Shown here piece by piece: positions 21,563 to 32,267 of a DNA stretch of 64,000 nucleotides. The DNA comes from an uncultured archaeon (lineage in GTDB: Archaea; Asgardarchaeota; Lokiarchaeia; Sigyniarchaeales; SOKP01). The position numbers and the translations under genes are program-made. Every line of letters starts with the position of its first letter. The first letter of the stretch is position 1. The stretch spans positions 64,001 through 128,000 of the forward strand of contig CAZALK010000014.1 of NCBI GenBank assembly GCA_964486045.1, given 5' to 3'. Below the pieces are notes generated by a model. That model saw only the letters and a list, made by a program, of their open reading frames with translations. It did no database searches and was not told where the DNA came from.

Positions 21563-22507
21563 ATGAAAATTGAAAAATCAAGTCAAGATCTCGAAAATGA
21601 AGTAATTTATTCTGGTTTATGCATACATTGTGGCAGTTGCAATGCTTTTTGCTCACATATGGACTTTAACCAAGATAATGGGGAAGCTTATGTTGTAGAT
21701 GAATGTGCTGAAACTGTAGGATTATGTTATAATGCATGTCCAAGATCATTTCTACCGATTTCTGAAATAGAGCAGAAATTATTCGGTAAAACACGAATAG
21801 ATCTAGCTGTTGGAGTCTATAATGACATTATTCAAGTAAAATCTAAAAATAATGATGATATATTATATAATCTTGTTTTAGCTGCTTTCGAATCGGGAGT
21901 AGTAAAGCATATGGTCCTAAGTGAACCTAAAAGCAAAAAACCTCCGGTAGCTTTTCCAGTTGTGGTTGATAATGCGAATGATGCAAAAAAATTCATACCA
22001 AAATCCACGATGGATAACGCAGGTCCGTTAATTACAGGTATTGGCCAGGCTTATAAAGATTACAAACGTGATATAGGAATTATCGGCAATCCATGTCATT
22101 TTCAAGGATTAGGAAAGATTTTAGCTTCAAACTTTAATACAGGGGCAGAAAGAACATCGTTACGTATAGCATATGCTTGTTCTTCTGCCGGGATGACAGG
22201 TTGTAAATATTGTACTGATTTTTCTGGGGAATTCTCCGATATTTCCTATTCTCCTTGGGGTGCTCCAAAAGGATCTGATGAAGCATTCTTAATCATTAGA
22301 ACTGACATTGGCCAAAAAGTTGTTGATGCTGCAATTGAAAAGAAATTGATTGAAATCACGGATGCAAATCCAGATTTAACTGAAATGAAGAAATTTATAA
22401 ATAAAAAGCGTAAAAAAAATTTCTTAACTCTGATCGGTAAAAGCCTAATAAAAGCTAACTACCTAAATCTTAATGTTGATGAGTTGAAAGACATTCTTGA
22501 AAAATAA
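21563..22507 (+). CDS. Coenzyme F420 hydrogenase/dehydrogenase beta-subunit family (FrhB/FdhB-like) with N-terminal ferredoxin
   Basis: CIHCGSCNAFC..GLCYNACPR, IIGNPCH, GCKYCTDFSGEFSDIS, IIRTDIG. Confidence 0.85.
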   Translation: MKIEKSSQDLENEVIYSGLCIHCGSCNAFCSHMDFNQDNGEAYVVDECAETVGLCYNACPRSFLPISEIEQKLFGKTRIDLAVGVYNDIIQVKSKNNDDILYNLVLAAFESGVVKHMVLSEPKSKKPPVAFPVVVDNANDAKKFIPKSTMDNAGPLITGIGQAYKDYKRDIGIIGNPCHFQGLGKILASNFNTGAERTSLRIAYACSSAGMTGCKYCTDFSGEFSDISYSPWGAPKGSDEAFLIIRTDIGQKVVDAAIEKKLIEITDANPDLTEMKKFINKKRKKNFLTLIGKSLIKANYLNLNVDELKDILEK

Positions 22508-22646
22508 GTTAATAGTGTTATATTCCCATTTCTTTTTATATTTAAATACAAAGTCAGTTTGAATATTAAAGTAAAAATTATTTACAATTAAAGTCTATAA
22601 TAATATTAACAATTTTATCTAATTGATTTAATAAGATAACGTAATA

Positions 22647-23180
22647 ATGGCATCGCGAAAACTCTTATTCAAAGTGGTCGTTGTAGGAGACGGGGGCATA
22701 GGGAAAAGCACCATGATACAGAGATTGACAACAGGCCAGTTTATCCCACAGAAAATCACTATAGGAACAGATCTCGCCACTTTTGACATCCGTTTAAATG
22801 AAAATATGTCGATAAAACTCCAGATCTGGGATTTTGCTGGCGAAAGGCGCTTTCGAATATTCCTTCCTAACTATGCTCGAGGTGCAACAGGATGTTTATT
22901 ATGCTATGATATAACTCGCAGAACAAGTTTTGAGAGTTTAAAGGAATGGTATGGCATCGTAAAAAATAACGCAGTTAATCCAGTCTTCATTCTCGTTGGA
23001 GAAAAGTTAGATTTGGCAGATATCCGTCGAAGTGTAGAAAGCTCACAAGCTGAAGAATTTAAAGAAAAGCACAAAATCATGCGTTTTTTTGAGACTTCCT
23101 CCAAGAGTGGAGAAAACAACAAAAAAATATTTGAGATTTTAACAAGGTTAATATTAAAAAACCAGGGAATTAAGGATTAA
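22647..23180 (+). CDS. Rab-like small GTPase
   Basis: GDGGIGKST, TIG, KLQIWDFAGE, GEKLD, FETSSK. Confidence 0.93.
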   Translation: MASRKLLFKVVVVGDGGIGKSTMIQRLTTGQFIPQKITIGTDLATFDIRLNENMSIKLQIWDFAGERRFRIFLPNYARGATGCLLCYDITRRTSFESLKEWYGIVKNNAVNPVFILVGEKLDLADIRRSVESSQAEEFKEKHKIMRFFETSSKSGENNKKIFEILTRLILKNQGIKD

Positions 23181-23226
23181 GTTTTCTTGATTTTTTACCC
23201 AAAAATCAATTGATTTTAATAGGTCG

Positions 23227-24129
23227 TTATTCTATTTTCATTTGTTCTCTTATTTTTTCATTTAATCCTTTAAGATTTTCAATAATTTGAATTTGAACGT
23301 TCTTCGGAAAGGTTTTAATAATCGTATTCAATTTCTCTCTATCAAATTTATTAATCTCTCTGTAATATAAAATCAGTGAAATAACAGTTAAAAGAGGTGA
23401 AATAATCAGTAAAAGATGAAAAATTGCTGAAACTTTTAGAGGTTCTGAGCCCATATTTCCAGTTCCAGGTAGGTTTAAAGGGATTCCAAGAGCTGTATCT
23501 ATTGATATCAAGATTGTTGAGAGGGAATTTATAATATTTAAAATTATGAACACTAAGAAATTTATTATGCTTAGTATTCTAAAATTTTTAACACCTAGAA
23601 AAGACAACACATTTTTGCTATTAATTGAGTGATTAAATTTATGAATTAGGGGATTTTTATTAGATATATTACCAGAAATGATTTCTATTCTCGAATATTT
23701 CCACAAATCTATAAAAATCCAAAAAAATCCAAATGAATAAGAGAAAAAGAATAACAAACTAAAATATAAATAGTATCCTTCCACTAAATGCGGATGATAT
23801 AGGGATTCAGCGCCCAACCAGAATAATAATATAAGTTGAAATAGAGCAGAAAAAAATAGACGATTAGCATGTTTTTTCTCTAAGCCTAAAGGGTTATAAA
23901 TGATTAAGGAATTTTCAAATTCGGTTCTCCATTTATTTGTATTGATTATTCTAAAAAACAACGAAAAGCCAAAAATAATAAGTGGAAATAATAAAAGAAA
24001 TATATCGTCCCAACCTTGTGTGTTTATCGCTATAAAAATGAATGTAAAGATTATGATGTCACGTATTAAACTTTCTCTGAGTAAATCTGTTACTGGTAAA
24101 AAAAATTCTTTGATATTATTCTCACTCAT
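23227..24129 (-). CDS. Membrane protein of unknown function
   Basis: About 6 TM segments. Confidence 0.65.
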   Translation of the reverse strand: MSENNIKEFFLPVTDLLRESLIRDIIIFTFIFIAINTQGWDDIFLLLFPLIIFGFSLFFRIINTNKWRTEFENSLIIYNPLGLEKKHANRLFFSALFQLILLFWLGAESLYHPHLVEGYYLYFSLLFFFSYSFGFFWIFIDLWKYSRIEIISGNISNKNPLIHKFNHSINSKNVLSFLGVKNFRILSIINFLVFIILNIINSLSTILISIDTALGIPLNLPGTGNMGSEPLKVSAIFHLLLIISPLLTVISLILYYREINKFDREKLNTIIKTFPKNVQIQIIENLKGLNEKIREQMKIE

Positions 24130-24330
24130 TTCTTTATTAAAATCAACTTAATAATTAAAATTTTATGATTGTATAACCCTAACATTTAGCTCCTTCCCAA
24201 TGATTAACACATGTTCAGTTAATTTAAAGGATGACTATCATCCTAAACTCTAAAAATTTAAATTACCCATATTACTTTATTCTACAAGATACTAATACAC
24301 ATTATGTAGCATCAAAATAGTGTAGAAAAA

Positions 24331-25428
24331 GTGGATATTGAAAATAGCAGCAATAGAAAAACACCCTTCTACGAAATTCATGTTGAACTTGGAGCACGGA
24401 TAATTAACTTTTCTGGGTGGTTAATGCCCGTTCAATATGAGAGCATTATTAAAGAGCATGAGGCTGTACGCTCTAATGCAGGAATGTTTGACATATCCCA
24501 TATGGGGGAATTTTTACTCAATGGCAAAGACGTAATCCCTTTCCTTCAATATGTAATGATAAACGATTTAAATTTATTGGAAGAATCTAAAGGTCAATAT
24601 TCTTGCATGTGCTATGAGAATGGGACTGTTATTGATGACTTATTTATTTATGAAGAAAGTAGAGAGATTTTTAGAATAATTGTGAATGCTGCAAATATTG
24701 AGAAAGATTTTCAGTGGCTAAATGACCACTTTAAGGGAAAAGATGTGAAAATCAAAAATTTATCTTCAACGCGATGTCGTTTGGCATTTCAGGGTCCTAA
24801 ATCAGATGATCTTCTTCAACCACTCGTTGACGTAGATCTATCTGAAATAAAACGGTTTTATTTCAAACACTGTGAACTTAATGATATCTCTATCTTTTTA
24901 GCTAGAACAGGATACACTGGGGAGAGGGGATTTGAGATTTCTTTTGATAAAGAAAATTCAGAAGAAATATGGAATGCTTTATTGAAGACAGGAGCTAGTC
25001 CAGCTGGTTTAGGTGCAAGAGACTCATTAAGATTAGAAGCATCCTATTCATTGTATGGACATGAAATTAGCGAAACAATTACACCTGTAGAGGGTGGATT
25101 GTCCTGGTTGATAAAGCCTAAAAAGGGTATTGACTGTATAGGTAAGGAATTACTTTTGAAACAGAAATCTGATGGTACAAAAAGAACATTAGTTGGCCTC
25201 AACTTATTTGACAAAGGTATCATCCGCCAGAACTATAAGATTTTTAAAAACGGCAATGAGATTGGATATGTAACTTCTGGTGGGTACTCACCTACTCTTA
25301 AGAAAACTATCGGATTAGGATTAGTTAAAACCCAGTTTAAAGAAGTTGGTACTGAATTAGAAATTGATATCCGTGGAAAACTTTTAAAGGGGATTATAGT
25401 TTCTACACCATTTTATCGTAATGTGTAA
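24331..25428 (+). CDS. gcvT: Glycine cleavage system aminomethyltransferase T
   Basis: FSGWLMPVQY, FDISHMG, RTGYTGERGFE, GLGARDSLRLEA. Confidence 0.97.
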   Translation: MDIENSSNRKTPFYEIHVELGARIINFSGWLMPVQYESIIKEHEAVRSNAGMFDISHMGEFLLNGKDVIPFLQYVMINDLNLLEESKGQYSCMCYENGTVIDDLFIYEESREIFRIIVNAANIEKDFQWLNDHFKGKDVKIKNLSSTRCRLAFQGPKSDDLLQPLVDVDLSEIKRFYFKHCELNDISIFLARTGYTGERGFEISFDKENSEEIWNALLKTGASPAGLGARDSLRLEASYSLYGHEISETITPVEGGLSWLIKPKKGIDCIGKELLLKQKSDGTKRTLVGLNLFDKGIIRQNYKIFKNGNEIGYVTSGGYSPTLKKTIGLGLVKTQFKEVGTELEIDIRGKLLKGIIVSTPFYRNV

Positions 25429-25462
25429 AAAATAAAAGACTATTTAGAATATGTGAGTACGT

Positions 25463-25858
25463 ATGAGTTATGAATTTCCAAGTGAATTAAGATACACAAC
25501 AACCCATGAATGGGTAAGAATTGAGAATAATTTTGCCACTGTTGGAATTACTGACTATGCCCAAAATCAATTAGGTGATGTAGTATTTGTTGATCTTCCA
25601 GAGATCGGCATGGTGTTTGAAAAAGGTAGTAATGCCGGTGAAATAGAATCGGTAAAAGCCGTAGGAGATTTATCAATGCCTTTATCTGGAGAATTGATAG
25701 AAATAAATGAACGCCTTATAGAGAGCCCTGAGCTTGTTAACACTTCCCCATATGACAGAGGTTGGATAATAAAGATAAAAATTTTTCATTCCAATGAAAT
25801 TGATGAACTTATATCTGTTGAAGAATATAAAGAATTTGTTAAATCAGAAGAACAATAA
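25463..25858 (+). CDS. gcvH: Glycine cleavage system H protein
   Basis: HEWV, GITDYAQNQLGDVVFV, ESVKA (lipoyl Lys). Confidence 0.97.
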   Translation: MSYEFPSELRYTTTHEWVRIENNFATVGITDYAQNQLGDVVFVDLPEIGMVFEKGSNAGEIESVKAVGDLSMPLSGELIEINERLIESPELVNTSPYDRGWIIKIKIFHSNEIDELISVEEYKEFVKSEEQ

Positions 25859-25924
25859 TATTTTTTTTCTTTCATTCGTTAAATTTATTTTTAAATTGTT
25901 AATAATTGAGTTGAAATAATTCAT

Positions 25925-27268
25925 ATGGATTTTGTACCCCACGACAATAAAACGATTACCGAGATGCTAAGTGTAATTGGAGTTTCTGATTTAGAAGAAT
26001 TATTTAAAGACATCCCTAAAGATTTGATAATTGAAAAATTAAACATACCTCCGGGTTTATCTGAACCGGATCTTTTACGTCGTATGGAAGGGATTTCAAA
26101 AAAGAATAAAATTTATTCAAATTCCTTTTTAGGCGCTGGAATTTACTTCCATTATACACCATCTATTGTTAATTTCGTTATATCTAGATCAGAATTTTAT
26201 ACATCATACACACCTTATCAAGCTGAAGCAAGTCAGGGATATTTACAAGCTATTTATGAATATCAAACTATAATATCCCGACTAACTCAAATGGAAGTTG
26301 CGAATGCAAGCATGTATGATGGGTCTACCGCCCTTGCTGAGGCTGCTATTATGGCGACTCTCATTACAAATAAAAAAACGATTGTCATGCTTGAGGGAAT
26401 TCATCCAGAATATATTGAAGTTGTTAAAACTTATTGTTGGGGCCAAAGTGTTAACATAACAATATCAAAAGAAAATAAATTAATGGATAAGCTAAATGAT
26501 GACGTTGCAGCTGTTTTATTCCAGAGTCCTAATTTCTTTGGTGATATAGAAGATATATCAAGGTTGGTAAAAAAGATTAAAGAAAAATTTCCCAATTGTT
26601 TAGTTATTCAAGTTATGACAGATCCATCGTGTTTAGGTGTTTTAAAACCTCCGGGATTATTGGACATTGATATTTTTGTAGCAGAGGGGCAATCTTTTGG
26701 AATAAATCCCTCTTTTGGAGGTCCAGGATTAGGAATCTTTACTGCTAAACAGAAGTTCTTAAGAAAGATACCTGGTAGATTAATCGGTAAGACTAAGGAA
26801 ATTAATGGAGAACGAGAAGGATTTATATTAACTTTACAAGCACGTGAACAACATATTCGGCGTGAAAAAGCAAGTTCTAACATATGTACAAACCAGGCAC
26901 TGTGTTCTTTAGCAGCATTAACATACCTTTTAGCTATGGGAAAAACCGGTTTAAAAGAAATAGCAACCCAAAACTTTCAAAAAGCACATTATCTCAAGAA
27001 TGAACTGAAGAATGTTCCGGGGTATAAAATCTTGAACCAAAAGCCAACTTATAATGAATTTTTGTTGGAATGCCCAAATATTGATTCTTTCATTTCGGAG
27101 TGTAAGAAACGTGATTTATTACCCCCATTAAGGATTTCAGATTATTATCCTGATATGAAAAATATTGTATTAGTGTGTGTTACTGAAGTTAACTCAAGAA
27201 AATCAATTAATTCTTTGATTCAAGCTGCTCAGCAAGCATCAGATAATAGAACGGGGGGGAATTTGTGA
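25925..27268 (+). CDS. gcvPA: Glycine dehydrogenase subunit 1
   Basis: FYTSYTPYQAEASQG, NASMYDG, REQHIRREKASSNICTNQAL. Confidence 0.97.
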   Translation: MDFVPHDNKTITEMLSVIGVSDLEELFKDIPKDLIIEKLNIPPGLSEPDLLRRMEGISKKNKIYSNSFLGAGIYFHYTPSIVNFVISRSEFYTSYTPYQAEASQGYLQAIYEYQTIISRLTQMEVANASMYDGSTALAEAAIMATLITNKKTIVMLEGIHPEYIEVVKTYCWGQSVNITISKENKLMDKLNDDVAAVLFQSPNFFGDIEDISRLVKKIKEKFPNCLVIQVMTDPSCLGVLKPPGLLDIDIFVAEGQSFGINPSFGGPGLGIFTAKQKFLRKIPGRLIGKTKEINGEREGFILTLQAREQHIRREKASSNICTNQALCSLAALTYLLAMGKTGLKEIATQNFQKAHYLKNELKNVPGYKILNQKPTYNEFLLECPNIDSFISECKKRDLLPPLRISDYYPDMKNIVLVCVTEVNSRKSINSLIQAAQQASDNRTGGNL

Positions 27269-28698
27269 TGAAATCTAATTTAATCTTTGAGAAGGGAATT
27301 GATGAAGAACTACATAATTATGTTCCAGAAATAGATCTCGAAGTTGTAGGTCTCCAAGAAATCATTCCTAAAACTCTAATTAGAGAGGATCTACCCATTC
27401 CTAATATTCCAGAAGTCGAGATAACTCGTCACTTTATAAAATTAAGCCAAAAAAATTATAGTGTAGACACTGGAATATACCCCCTTGGATCTTGTACCAT
27501 GAAATATAATCCAAAAATTAATGAATTTGTTGAGAGATTGCAAGGTTTCGCCAAAAATCACCCTTTACAAGAAGAAAATCAAGGTTCCATTGAGGTATTA
27601 TATAAGATCTCAAAATTACTCGGGGAAATAACAGGGATGGATGCATTCACTCTTCAACCAGCAGCTGGGGCGCATGGGGAATTAGCAGGATTATTAATTA
27701 TAAAAAAGTATTTTGAATCAAAAGGAATTAAAAAGCAAAAAATTATTATACCTGATTCTGCTCATGGAACTAATCCAGCTTCAGCTAAAATGGCAGGTTT
27801 TTCTATAATAGAATTAAGTTCAAATAATCGCGGAGAAGTTCCACTTGATCAATTAGAATATGCCATGACGGAAGGAGATGTTGCGGGAATTATGTTAACT
27901 AACCCTAATACTTTAGGAATCTTTGAACGACAAATTACAGAGATCACGCGAATCGTTCATGATAATGGTGGGCTGTGTTATTATGATGGGGCAAATCTAA
28001 ATCCCATCCTAGGGATTTGTAGACCAAGGGATATGGGTTTTGATATTGTCCATCTGAATTTGCATAAAACTTTTTCAACACCTCATGGAGGGGGAGGTCC
28101 AGGTTCAGGACCTATAGGAGTAACAAACGAACTTACTCCATTTCTACCAGAACCATGTATAATATCAACAGAACAAGGCTTAGTTTGCCGAAAAAGGAAC
28201 GTTAATTCAATTGGTCGAATTAAAGCATTTTGGGGAAACTTTGGGATTATAATCAGAGCCTACGCTTATATTCTAGCATTAGGTGCGGAAGGGTTGAAAA
28301 AAGTCGGTCAGATGTCTGTTTTAAATGCCAATTATTTAAGGATGCATTTAAGAAAAAAATATTTTGTTCCTTTTGATAGAACATGCCAACATGAGTTTAT
28401 AATTACTGATCGTAATATGCCTAACGGTGTAACAACTGAAGATATTGCTAAAAGAATTCTTGATTTTGGGATATATGCCCCCACTATTTACTTTCCTTTA
28501 GTAGTTAAAGGTGCGTTGATGATAGAACCCACTGAAACTGAATCTAAAACTTCTATGGATTATTTTTCTGAAGTAATGGAAAAAATTTACAAAGAAGCCA
28601 AAGATCATCCAGTAACACTAAAAACAGCACCTCACAACACCCCAATAAAGCGTTTAGATGCGGTTCTTGCTGCAAGAAAACCTATATTACACGATTAA
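27265..28698 (+). CDS. gcvPB: Glycine dehydrogenase subunit 2
   Basis: YPLGSCTMKYNP, SAHGTNPASA, HLNLHKTFSTPHGGGGPG, IEPTETES. Confidence 0.97.
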   Translation: MMKSNLIFEKGIDEELHNYVPEIDLEVVGLQEIIPKTLIREDLPIPNIPEVEITRHFIKLSQKNYSVDTGIYPLGSCTMKYNPKINEFVERLQGFAKNHPLQEENQGSIEVLYKISKLLGEITGMDAFTLQPAAGAHGELAGLLIIKKYFESKGIKKQKIIIPDSAHGTNPASAKMAGFSIIELSSNNRGEVPLDQLEYAMTEGDVAGIMLTNPNTLGIFERQITEITRIVHDNGGLCYYDGANLNPILGICRPRDMGFDIVHLNLHKTFSTPHGGGGPGSGPIGVTNELTPFLPEPCIISTEQGLVCRKRNVNSIGRIKAFWGNFGIIIRAYAYILALGAEGLKKVGQMSVLNANYLRMHLRKKYFVPFDRTCQHEFIITDRNMPNGVTTEDIAKRILDFGIYAPTIYFPLVVKGALMIEPTETESKTSMDYFSEVMEKIYKEAKDHPVTLKTAPHNTPIKRLDAVLAARKPILHD

Positions 28699-28797
28699 TA
28701 TTGGTAATTGAATAAATTTTTATACTCTTTGGCAATATAAAATTTAAAAAAACTAAAATAAGTAAGACTTAGTTAATTTAAATATTGGTGTACAATC

Positions 28798-30765
28798 ATA
28801 AATTACTTATCATTTTTTCCCTACGATCAATTTAGAAGAGAACAAGAAAAAATTATAAAACAGATTGAAATAGATTCAAAATCAAGAAAAAATATTCTGT
28901 TAGCAGCCCCCAATGGTTCGGGAAAAACAATAATTGCATTGAGTGGACTACTTTCTTTAGCATATGAGAAAGATCTAAAAATTATTTATATGTGTAGAAC
29001 ACACTCTCAGAATAGAAGAGTTATCAGAGAATTAATCAAAATATCAGAAAAATTAGAGAAAAACCATCTTGGAATAAAATTAAATGGGCTTTCCATAAGA
29101 GGGAGGAACGAGATGTGCCTAAATGAAACTTTATTAGACTTAAAATTAAATCCTAAAGAGTCGATGTCAGTTTGTAAAGATTTAAGACAAAATAGGAACT
29201 GTTCTCACTTCTTAAATTTGTTAAAAAAAAAGGGAAAAGTAGAGAACCCTACGTTAATGGCCCCGGAATTATTCAACAAGCCCATTGATGCTGAGGAACT
29301 TATAGAGTTTTGCAAGAGTGACAAATTGTGCCCTTATTTTTTATGTAAATTCTTACTAAAAGAAATGAAAGTCATTATCTGTAATTATCAATGGATTTTC
29401 AACCCCCACATTCGGGAACTTTTCTTACAATTTGTGGATCAAGGATTAGACAATTGTATTTTAGTTCTCGATGAATGTCATAATATAATCGATGTAGCAA
29501 CAGATGTAAATTCTAATAGAATAACACCATATTCATTGAGATTATGTTTAAAGGACTTAGAAATGTATAGATCACCACGAGTAATGCAAAGATTTGTAAG
29601 AACTTTATTGGATCACTTTGATGAGAAAAAAAGTAGTCTAAACTACGGGGAACAAGCATTGGACCCAATTAACTATTTAAAAATCCTTTTTAAAAAACTT
29701 AATCTCAAAGATTTGAATGAATTTAAGAATATAATTGAAGAATTGCATGAATTCAGTATTTCGGTTCACAATGAGAAAAATTCTGATGGTAAAATTTCAA
29801 GGGATTACTTAGGTTCTTTTTCCGAGTTTTGGTTAAAATGGCTAAAAACATACAACCTTGAAAATTATTTTTTCTGTTTTACAGTTAAACAAGTTAAGCG
29901 AAAGAGATCAATTTCTTTAGAGATCGTGGCTTTAGATCCAAGAGAAATTGTTATTCCAATCTTAAAATCTGTTTTTACTTCCTTAAACTTATCTGGAACA
30001 GTAAATCCTTATGTCTATACTAATTTAATGGGATTAAATGAGAGTGGTAAAAGTTACAATGAAATAATAGCACAATCACCTTTCCAAAAGAAAAATATTA
30101 AGGCGATGATTATTGAGGGAGTGGATACTAAAAGAGATAATAGAACACCTGAAATGTTTGAGAAAATGATTTCTAAAATAAATGAAGTTTTAATGTGTAC
30201 TCCTGCAAATGTGGGTATATTTTGTGCCTCCTACCAAATACTTAAAGGTCTTATTTCGAATGGAATAGAGAAGATTGTAGAAAAGAACAATAAGAGTTTT
30301 TTTAACGAATCACCTGGATTATCTGCTTCAGAAAACAATACAATGGTGGATCAATTTAAAACAATGTCCTCGAATGGTGGGGCTGTATTACTTGGTGTAT
30401 GTGGGGGAAGAAATTCAGAAGGCGAGGATTATCCAGGGAATTACATGAACTCTGTTGTTATAGCTGGTATTCCTTATCATTTACCTACTCCGAGAGTTAA
30501 TGCCAAAATTAAATATTACGATAAAGTATTTAGACGTCAAGGTTGGAATTTTGCCTACTTATACCCAGCGATTCAGAGAGCAAACCAAGCCTCTGGTCGA
30601 CCAATAAGAAAAATATCTGATAAAGGAGCAATAATATTTCTGGATAGTCGTTTTAAAGCCAAAAACAAATGGATTTCAGAATGGATAAGAGAAGAACTAG
30701 AAATTATTCCAGATAAACCTAATGCATTAATTCAGACTTTAAAACCTTTTTGGAAGGGTAACTAG
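28798..30765 (+). CDS. XPD/Rad3 FeS DNA helicase; N-terminus extends upstream of the ORF track to a probable ATA start
   Basis: Upstream in-frame FFPYDQFRREQ (Q motif) and AAPNGSGKT (Walker A); FeS cysteines, DECHN, SGT, QASGRPIR. Confidence 0.9.
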   Translation: MNYLSFFPYDQFRREQEKIIKQIEIDSKSRKNILLAAPNGSGKTIIALSGLLSLAYEKDLKIIYMCRTHSQNRRVIRELIKISEKLEKNHLGIKLNGLSIRGRNEMCLNETLLDLKLNPKESMSVCKDLRQNRNCSHFLNLLKKKGKVENPTLMAPELFNKPIDAEELIEFCKSDKLCPYFLCKFLLKEMKVIICNYQWIFNPHIRELFLQFVDQGLDNCILVLDECHNIIDVATDVNSNRITPYSLRLCLKDLEMYRSPRVMQRFVRTLLDHFDEKKSSLNYGEQALDPINYLKILFKKLNLKDLNEFKNIIEELHEFSISVHNEKNSDGKISRDYLGSFSEFWLKWLKTYNLENYFFCFTVKQVKRKRSISLEIVALDPREIVIPILKSVFTSLNLSGTVNPYVYTNLMGLNESGKSYNEIIAQSPFQKKNIKAMIIEGVDTKRDNRTPEMFEKMISKINEVLMCTPANVGIFCASYQILKGLISNGIEKIVEKNNKSFFNESPGLSASENNTMVDQFKTMSSNGGAVLLGVCGGRNSEGEDYPGNYMNSVVIAGIPYHLPTPRVNAKIKYYDKVFRRQGWNFAYLYPAIQRANQASGRPIRKISDKGAIIFLDSRFKAKNKWISEWIREELEIIPDKPNALIQTLKPFWKGN

Positions 30766-30888
30766 ATTTGCTTTACAATATAAAATAAATATAATTGGTA
30801 GTACAGGAAAGATTATATTAAAATACATTGTACTATTAAAATTTGAGAAGAAGACCGCTAATATATAATTAACAGATAGGTTTCATTT

Positions 30889-32061
30889 TTATTTAAGTTT
30901 TAGAAATATTATTGCCACAGAAATTAATGGAAAAACAATCATAAAAGACATAGCAATATAATAATTAGGATTAAAAACTAATAAGAGACTGAAAAAAAGA
31001 CTTCCTATAAAACTACCTGAAAAAACACTAGCATTAGCATAACCCAATATCTGTCCTTTATTTTTTGGAGTTGTTTTTTGAGCAATATATACTATAGTGG
31101 CTGCCCAATGCATAGAATAGCTGAAAGAGAATAGAACCTGGCAGATGAGGAACATCCAAAAGTTCGATGCAATTATAAAGCCAAAAATTGATATAGTACT
31201 TAAAAAATAACCACTTATCATAAAAGATTTAATATTTTTTTTAGTAATCATCTTTCCCGCAGCAAGCATTTGAAAAAATTGTAAGAAAAAATTCAAACCA
31301 ATTAAAAAGCCTACTTCTGAGTCGTTACTCAAATACAGGCTCATTATAATTGCTAGAATAGCCATTATTGGTTTGATACTGAAATTTCTAAAAAATAATC
31401 CAAAATATATTGATTTAGAGATATGGTCTTCTTCTACAGTCTGTATTTTATTTAAGGCATTTATATTTTTGACATCTTTAAGTTTATACTTTTCCAAAAT
31501 CAAAGCTCTATTTTCTCTAATAAAAACAACAAAAAGAATGGCTGGAAGAGAAATTAACAAAAGAAATATAAAAATGTTTTCTATTGCATTGAGGTCAATG
31601 AAAATACCACCAGATTGGGCCCCCGTAAACCAACCTGCTACTATTGCAGCATTGTAATAGGAAATCAATTTCTTATCATCTTCAACTAATTCAGCATACA
31701 ACACAAATGAAATATTCGATAAAGACATAGATAAACCAAGGAAAAGGAGTAAAATAACAATAAATATCAAATCTTTTGTTAAAGATAACGCTAAAAATAC
31801 AAAAGATATTCCAATTACTCCAGATATTATGAAAACAACTCTATTTTGAAATCTGTCGGAATAAAAACCAAATAAAGGAGGAAAAATAAACGCAGTTAAT
31901 GGAAAGATAGAGGCTATAAGTTGAATTAAAGGTTTTTCTAGTCCCAAATTTAATAGATATCTAGGGATATATGTGAATACCATCATTGATGCAGCGCTCG
32001 TAAAAAAAATAGTGATTAAAATTAAAATAACAGATCTTTTTAATAAAACCAATTTACTCAA
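30889..32061 (-). CDS. MFS transporter
   Basis: 12 TMs, FGFYSDRFQNR (motif A). Confidence 0.88.
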   Translation of the reverse strand: MSKLVLLKRSVILILITIFFTSAASMMVFTYIPRYLLNLGLEKPLIQLIASIFPLTAFIFPPLFGFYSDRFQNRVVFIISGVIGISFVFLALSLTKDLIFIVILLLFLGLSMSLSNISFVLYAELVEDDKKLISYYNAAIVAGWFTGAQSGGIFIDLNAIENIFIFLLLISLPAILFVVFIRENRALILEKYKLKDVKNINALNKIQTVEEDHISKSIYFGLFFRNFSIKPIMAILAIIMSLYLSNDSEVGFLIGLNFFLQFFQMLAAGKMITKKNIKSFMISGYFLSTISIFGFIIASNFWMFLICQVLFSFSYSMHWAATIVYIAQKTTPKNKGQILGYANASVFSGSFIGSLFFSLLLVFNPNYYIAMSFMIVFPLISVAIIFLKLK

Positions 32062-32096
32062 TTAGATGCGTATTACAATTATAAGTTCCAAATTTT

Positions 32097-32267
32097 TTAT
32101 ATATTAATTAGTTTTGGTTTTATACGTTGCTTAAACTTCAATAATATACTCATGGAAGAAAGCACGGGAAATACAACCATAAAAAACATTGCACTATAAT
32201 AATTTGAGTTGAACACCACTAATAAATAACTAAATATAAGACCCCCAACAAATCCTCCTGAAAATTC
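32097..32267 (-). pseudogene. Remnant C-terminus of a paralogous MFS transporter
   Basis: FSGGFVGGLIFSYLLVVFNSNYYSAMFFMVVFPVLS aligns with the adjacent MFS end FSGSFIGSLFFSLLLVFNPNYYIAMSFMIVFPLIS. Confidence 0.8.

Noticed and set aside
24130-24330. Glycine riboswitch upstream of gcvT
   Set aside because: The conserved GGAGA / GAAG / CUCUCAGG elements were not seen.
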